Shown one piece after another: positions 59,930 to 64,000 of a stretch of DNA of 64,000 nt. The notes beneath the pieces were generated by a model. It was not told the origin of the DNA. It made no database searches and worked only from the letters and a program-made list of their open reading frames with translations. The position numbers were made by a program, and so were the translations under genes. Position 1 is the stretch's first letter. Each line of letters begins with the position of its first letter. The DNA is from Minisyncoccota bacterium (lineage in GTDB: Bacteria > Patescibacteriota > Minisyncoccia > Phycocordibacterales > JAACPR01), in assembly GCA_041674225.1 (NCBI GenBank), contig JBAYWG010000001.1, forward strand, positions 326,273 to 390,272, written 5' to 3'.

Positions 59930-60985
59930 TTAAATAATAAGTTTAGCTGAGCGAACTCTTCTCATAACTTCCCCAAAAGTTTCTTCTTTTGTTCCGAAGA
60001 AAATGTATTCATTGTCGATAAATGCATAAAAGAATACTACTTGCCCCATTTCATCAAAAAGTGCTCGTGTGTCGGTGTTTCGAATCACTCTGTCGTGCCA
60101 CACTCTTGTATTGTCTATAGTTTTTTGAACAATTTCGGTTGTTGTTGATGATGCAGGAGTTGTCGATGTCGAAGTAGTTGCTAATACTGCCGATTCTACA
60201 GTAACCTCTTCGGTTGTTGTAATTCTCGCTCTTGCGATTTCATTTGGAAAAATATTTTCCATATCTTTTGCAAGCGCACTTTCCCATGTAAGCATTGAAG
60301 AAAATGCGTTTTCAAAGTTGTTGATTCTAAACAAAACAAATACTTCATTTTTTGCAGCTTTGTGAACTCCTATCATAAATTCCTGGTCTAATGTTCTTCG
60401 TAGTGGTTCTGGAGTTCTAGCAGCTAATAAAGCAAGCAAGTCATTGGTGTCATACGATATTTTTTTTGTAAAATCAAAAGTAGAAGTTGGATCTGCTTTG
60501 ACTTCTTTTGATATTACCAGCTGTGTAATTGAGTTTGTCTCTACCGGCTCTGTCGAAGCTTGCTGAATTTTTGCAATGGTATTTCGTGAAAGTTGAGCCG
60601 ATGTAATCTCAATCATTTTCTCTGTAAGAAAATATTTGCTTTGCATAAAGAACGAGTTTTCTTGAGGGACTCTTTTATTTGAATTGATAATTGATAGAAC
60701 AATAAAAGCAATTGCTGCAATAATTAAAATGCCCGCAATAAGAAGTAATATTTTATTTCTAGGATTTGAAAAAGATTTTGCCGCACTCTCCTCTTTGAAA
60801 GTATCTCTTTTCTTTTGTTCAGCCATCAACATTCCAGCCGAAGACATTTCTTGTGAGTGCAGCGCTTCTTTAATAGCATCTTGGTAGGTGCTAATTCTAT
60901 TTAAAGGAGTTCCCCCTGGAGAATTTTTTTCGAGATTTTCTTTTTTTAATTCTTCGCCATCGCTCATTGGTTTATATTGTATCAA
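59930..60985 (-). CDS. Hypothetical membrane-anchored protein
   Basis: 351 aa, one TM around residues 80-100. Confidence 0.4.
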   Translation of the reverse strand: MIQYKPMSDGEELKKENLEKNSPGGTPLNRISTYQDAIKEALHSQEMSSAGMLMAEQKKRDTFKEESAAKSFSNPRNKILLLIAGILIIAAIAFIVLSIINSNKRVPQENSFFMQSKYFLTEKMIEITSAQLSRNTIAKIQQASTEPVETNSITQLVISKEVKADPTSTFDFTKKISYDTNDLLALLAARTPEPLRRTLDQEFMIGVHKAAKNEVFVLFRINNFENAFSSMLTWESALAKDMENIFPNEIARARITTTEEVTVESAVLATTSTSTTPASSTTTEIVQKTIDNTRVWHDRVIRNTDTRALFDEMGQVVFFYAFIDNEYIFFGTKEETFGEVMRRVRSAKLII

Positions 60986-61521
60986 AACTTTTTACCCTTT
61001 ATTATTTTTAACTTTTTTCCCATTAGATATTTTTTTGCATCTACATCTAGGTCAATAAAGTCATCTGCACAGTCGATAAGTTTGCTTGATGTTGATTTTC
61101 CAAAAGCTACCACCTCTACTTGGCATCCTGAATTTGTTTTTAAATATTCAACAAGTGGTACAAAATCTCCGTCGCCAGAAATAATAATTATTGTATCTAG
61201 CTTTGAAGACATTTTAATAGCATCAACTGCTAGTCCTACGTCCCAATCAGCCTTTTTTGCCCCACCCATAAAAATTTGAAGATCTTTTGTTTTGGTTTCG
61301 ATTCCAGATTTTGTTAATGCATCAAAAAAACTTTGTTCGTCTCCTGACTCTGATGTAATAACGTACGCAAGAGCTCGGATTAATTGTCTCCCAGCTAAAA
61401 TATCTTGAACAACCTTTCCAAAGTTTACTTTGCTTTTGTATAAATTTTTTGCACTGTGGTAAATGTTTTGTGTGTCTATAAAAATACCAACTCTTTGGTC
61501 TTTGTGTTTTACGATTGTCAT
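60982..61521 (-). CDS. NYN-domain (LabA-like) protein
   Basis: VGIFIDTQN...IIISGDGDFVPLV fits the NYN/PIN-like motif layout. Confidence 0.7.
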   Translation of the reverse strand: MTIVKHKDQRVGIFIDTQNIYHSAKNLYKSKVNFGKVVQDILAGRQLIRALAYVITSESGDEQSFFDALTKSGIETKTKDLQIFMGGAKKADWDVGLAVDAIKMSSKLDTIIIISGDGDFVPLVEYLKTNSGCQVEVVAFGKSTSSKLIDCADDFIDLDVDAKKYLMGKKLKIIKGKKF

Positions 61522-61611
61522 ATTAAAAAATTATGTGCTTTCTTTATATAAATTAAATTATAAGAATGAATAAGCACTACTTATAAAAACATATTTAATG
61601 TTAACAGATTT

Positions 61612-61648
61612 AAAAACAAAACACCGCACTTTGTGCGGTGTTTTGTTT
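61612..61648 (-). terminator. Rho-independent terminator of rpsO
   Basis: AAAACAAAACACCGCAC-tttg-GTGCGGTGTTTTGTTTT directly after the rpsO stop. Confidence 0.75.
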
Positions 61649-61924
61649 TTATGCGATTCGACTCTTTAGTCCAAGTTTCTTAACCAATTTCTTGTATCGG
61701 TCTGGAGATTTCTTTGATAAATAAGTTAAATGCTTTTGACGATCAGCAACCATTCCCAAAAGACCCTTTCGTGAGTGGTTATCTTTATCATTTTTCTTTA
61801 AATGCTTTGCAAGCTCGTCAATTTTCTTTGTTAAAATTGAAGCTTGTGCCTCAGGAGAACCAGTATCATTTGCATGAACTTGTGTTTCCTTTATAGCCGC
61901 CTCTTTCTTTCGTTTTGTTAACAT
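61649..61924 (-). CDS. rpsO: 30S ribosomal protein S15
   Basis: HSRKGLLGMVADRQKHLTYL is an S15 signature; start trimmed to MLTKRKK. Confidence 0.85.
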   Translation of the reverse strand: MLTKRKKEAAIKETQVHANDTGSPEAQASILTKKIDELAKHLKKNDKDNHSRKGLLGMVADRQKHLTYLSKKSPDRYKKLVKKLGLKSRIA

Positions 61925-62056
61925 ATGGTAGATAGTAACACGATTGAGTGTAAAATGCAAGTCTTTAAAGCTCTTTTAAATATGGATCAATTCAATACTT
62001 TGATTGACATATTGGATATATATGTTATAATTATAAAAGAATAAATAAACAAAGAA

Positions 62057-62137
62057 ATGACACTTTTCATTATCATTCCAGTCGGAGTTTTGGTCTATAC
62101 ATTGATTGTTCTAGGTATGACAATTATGTCTGCTTAG
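62057..62137 (+). CDS. 26-aa hydrophobic micro-ORF (MTLFIIIPVGVLVYTLIVLGMTIMSA), candidate small membrane peptide
   Basis: ATG with in-frame stop, a single predicted TM helix, its own terminator 40 nt downstream. Speculative. Confidence 0.25.
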   Translation: MTLFIIIPVGVLVYTLIVLGMTIMSA

Positions 62138-62174
62138 GCAGCGGCCTCCTTGAAGGGCTAAATAAAACTTAAAT

Positions 62175-62207
62175 AATCACTGTTCAGGGCAGTGATTTTT
62201 TCTTTTT
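62175..62207 (+). terminator. Rho-independent terminator
   Basis: AATCACTG-ttcaggg-CAGTGATT followed by TTTTTTCTTTTTT. Confidence 0.7.
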
Positions 62208-62232
62208 TAGAAATAATCGAGGTATAATTATT

Positions 62233-63192
62233 TTGCGACACTATATTATGGCCAACTCCCCTATTTTGAATATAAAACAAGAATTTCTGGAATATGTGGA
62301 AATTGAAAGAGGACGAAGTATTAAAACCGTTGAAAATTATGATCGTTATCTGAGTCGTTTTTTTGAACATGCTCAGATTAAAAATCCTAAAGATATAACA
62401 GAAACAAATATTCGCGAGTTTCGCTTGTGGCTCAATCGTCAACCTGGAGCTAAAAATAAAGACAAAAACACAATGAAGCGCCGAACGCAGAACTATTATC
62501 TGATTGCGCTCCGATCTTTTTTAAAGTTTTTGGCCAAAAGAGGTATTTCTGCACTTGCTCCGGAGAAAATTGAGTTAGCAAAAACAGAAGCTCGAGAGTT
62601 GGATTTGATGTCGAGTGAAGAACTCACACGATTATTGAATTCACCAGATACTACTCAGGTTAAAGGTTTGCGTGACAAGGCGATGTTGGAACTTTTTTTC
62701 TCAACAGGACTTCGGGTTTCAGAGTTGGTTTCCCTTCCGCGAGAATTGGATTTAACAAAGGATGAATTTTCTATTCGTGGAAAAGGAGACAAAGTGCGAG
62801 TTGTTTTTATTTCAGATGAAGCTCGAAAAGCTGTGAAAGCGTATTTGGATAAAAGAGACGACATGGACGATGCTCTTTTTGTGCAAGTTCCAAACAAAAG
62901 TGGAAAAAATGTTTTGGCGAAAAAGGCTTCGATGCGTTTATCTGCGAGATCGATAGAAAGAATTGTGCAAGGATACGCTGTGAAGTCTGGAATTTCTCGG
63001 AAAGTTACCCCGCACGTGATTCGACACAGCTTCGCTACCGACTTACTTTCAAATGGAGCTGATTTGCGTTCTGTACAGGCGTTGCTTGGTCATGCAAATA
63101 TCACAACTACTCAGGTATACACTCATGTCACCGACAAACATCTCCGTGATATTCACAAAAACTTTCACGGAAAAAATAGAGGCAAAAAATAA
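62233..63192 (+). CDS. Site-specific tyrosine recombinase, XerC/XerD-like
   Basis: N-terminal SAM-like core-binding domain; C-terminal catalytic motifs (R...HxxR: VIRHSFATDLL; LLGHANITTTQVYTHV with catalytic Tyr). True start may be MANSPIL at 62249. Confidence 0.85.
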   Translation: MRHYIMANSPILNIKQEFLEYVEIERGRSIKTVENYDRYLSRFFEHAQIKNPKDITETNIREFRLWLNRQPGAKNKDKNTMKRRTQNYYLIALRSFLKFLAKRGISALAPEKIELAKTEARELDLMSSEELTRLLNSPDTTQVKGLRDKAMLELFFSTGLRVSELVSLPRELDLTKDEFSIRGKGDKVRVVFISDEARKAVKAYLDKRDDMDDALFVQVPNKSGKNVLAKKASMRLSARSIERIVQGYAVKSGISRKVTPHVIRHSFATDLLSNGADLRSVQALLGHANITTTQVYTHVTDKHLRDIHKNFHGKNRGKK

Positions 63193-63199
63193 ATAATAA

Positions 63200-63227
63200 A
63201 GGCTCGGGGGCTTATTCCCCCGAGCCT
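63200..63227. terminator. GC-rich hairpin; acts as terminator for the minus-strand gene (U-run on the minus strand)
   Basis: AGGCTCGGGGG-cttatt-CCCCCGAGCCT. Confidence 0.5.
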
Positions 63228-63260
63228 GCTTCGTGTCTGTTTGTGTGTTTTTTGCCGCGG

Positions 63261-63686
63261 TTAAGCGGCTGCTGTACCTATGTAGATAATGTCTTTCCCC
63301 CTCTTTAAGGGTTGCATTTTTCTTCGCGGGTTCGGCATCGCAATGTGTTTCACCTTCTGCGGCATCTCGGCATGCTCTTTCCAACGGTTAGGGAGAGCAT
63401 CCTTGTTTTTCCGAGGAGTGTAACCCTCTTTCTTCATGGCATCTCGCACATTGTCGATATGGATTGTTTCCAAGTAGTAGTAACCCTCTTTGTAGTGGAT
63501 TTTGCCACAGAATCTTCCCTTACCGACCCTGCACACAGAGTCAACATGTCTTCCCGCTATTTTCTCGGTCTGAAGGTCGTGTATTGCCTTACTTACTTGC
63601 TCGGGCAGCATTCTTTCCCAGCTTGTAGGTATGGTTACTTTTCCTTCCGACATTTCTTCGAGCTTTTTTCTTAGTGATGAGGCCAT
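63261..63686 (-). CDS. Hypothetical protein encoded in a locally GC-rich segment (about 47% vs about 33% surrounding)
   Basis: 141 aa ORF; the composition shift is visible by eye. Confidence 0.4.
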   Translation of the reverse strand: MASSLRKKLEEMSEGKVTIPTSWERMLPEQVSKAIHDLQTEKIAGRHVDSVCRVGKGRFCGKIHYKEGYYYLETIHIDNVRDAMKKEGYTPRKNKDALPNRWKEHAEMPQKVKHIAMPNPRRKMQPLKRGKDIIYIGTAAA

Positions 63687-63836
63687 TTAACACACTTTCT
63701 TCAATTTTTGTTTATCAATTAAATGAAAAACTCATCCTCCTTTTATGAATGAACTTTTCAGCTCTTATTTTAACCATTTTTTCAGGGTTGACGCAAGAGG
63801 TGGATATTCTTTTGTGTTATAGTTTATTTTGCAATA

Positions 63837-64000
63837 TGAAAATAATTTCTTGGAATGTAAACGGAATTCGCGCTTGGTATAAAAAAGACTCCGAACAAAA
63901 GACTTTTTCTTGGTTTTTAAAACAAAATCCAGACTTCTTTTGCATTCAAGAAACGAAGGCCCATCCAGAACAACTCCCAGAATCTCTTACTGAAATCGAA
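63837..64000 (+). CDS. xth: Exodeoxyribonuclease III (Xth) / AP endonuclease, N-terminal fragment; continues beyond the window
   Basis: MKIISWNVNGIRA...FFCIQETK is a typical ExoIII N-terminus. Confidence 0.8.

Noticed and set aside
1-64000. Possibility of an alternative genetic code (UGA=Gly, code 25) given the CPR-like character
   Set aside because: Many long ORFs (polA 787 aa, PBP 875 aa, VirB6-like 696 aa) are intact under the standard code, and a tRNA-Ser(UGA) is normal. There is no sign of in-frame TGA-interrupted genes.
1-64000. CRISPR arrays, rRNA genes, RNase P RNA, tmRNA
   Set aside because: No direct-repeat/spacer periodicity seen. No GGAAAGUCCGGGC-type RNase P or tmRNA tRNA-like ends detected by eye. 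The only tandem repeats are coding (GGNT and the 57-bp pilin duplication).

Overview
The window is low-GC (roughly 33-36%), compact, standard genetic code (long ORFs intact, no sign of UGA recoding). It reads like a small-genome bacterium, possibly CPR/Patescibacteria-like. It spans the chromosomal replication origin: dnaN and dnaA on the minus strand, diverging from rpmH-rnpA-yidC on the plus strand, with DnaA-box clusters on both sides of dnaA. Housekeeping genes are scattered through it (asd, murE, PBP1A, polA, holA-like, tsaE, ruvA/B/C, ruvX, fpg, tyrS, rpsT, rpsO, rsmA, uvrD/pcrA, yebC, xerC/D-like recombinase, a MacAB-like efflux operon, VKOR, TspO). There are three tRNAs (Ser-UGA, Arg-GCG, Lys-UUU), a type IV pilus ATPase PilB, and ComM. 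The most notable feature is an ~12.7 kb, 11-gene minus-strand cluster (39969..52694) directly next to yidC/oriC that looks like a type IV secretion system. It has a split VirB4 ATPase (N-terminal domain as its own ORF, then a 626 aa ATPase with Walker A and a DEAW Walker B), a 2-TM VirB3-like protein, a large polytopic VirB6/TrbL-like protein, a repeat-bearing pilin-like protein, and a secreted protein with an Ig/PKD-like region plus a long (GGNT)n repeat. No VirD4 or relaxase is visible in the window. Two long-stemmed palindromic, apparently structured intergenic elements (27297..27437 and 58701..58826) are not explained by coding features. There is also a 26-aa hydrophobic micro-ORF with its own terminator upstream of the recombinase, and a GC-rich (~47%) gene just downstream of the recombinase that looks foreign.
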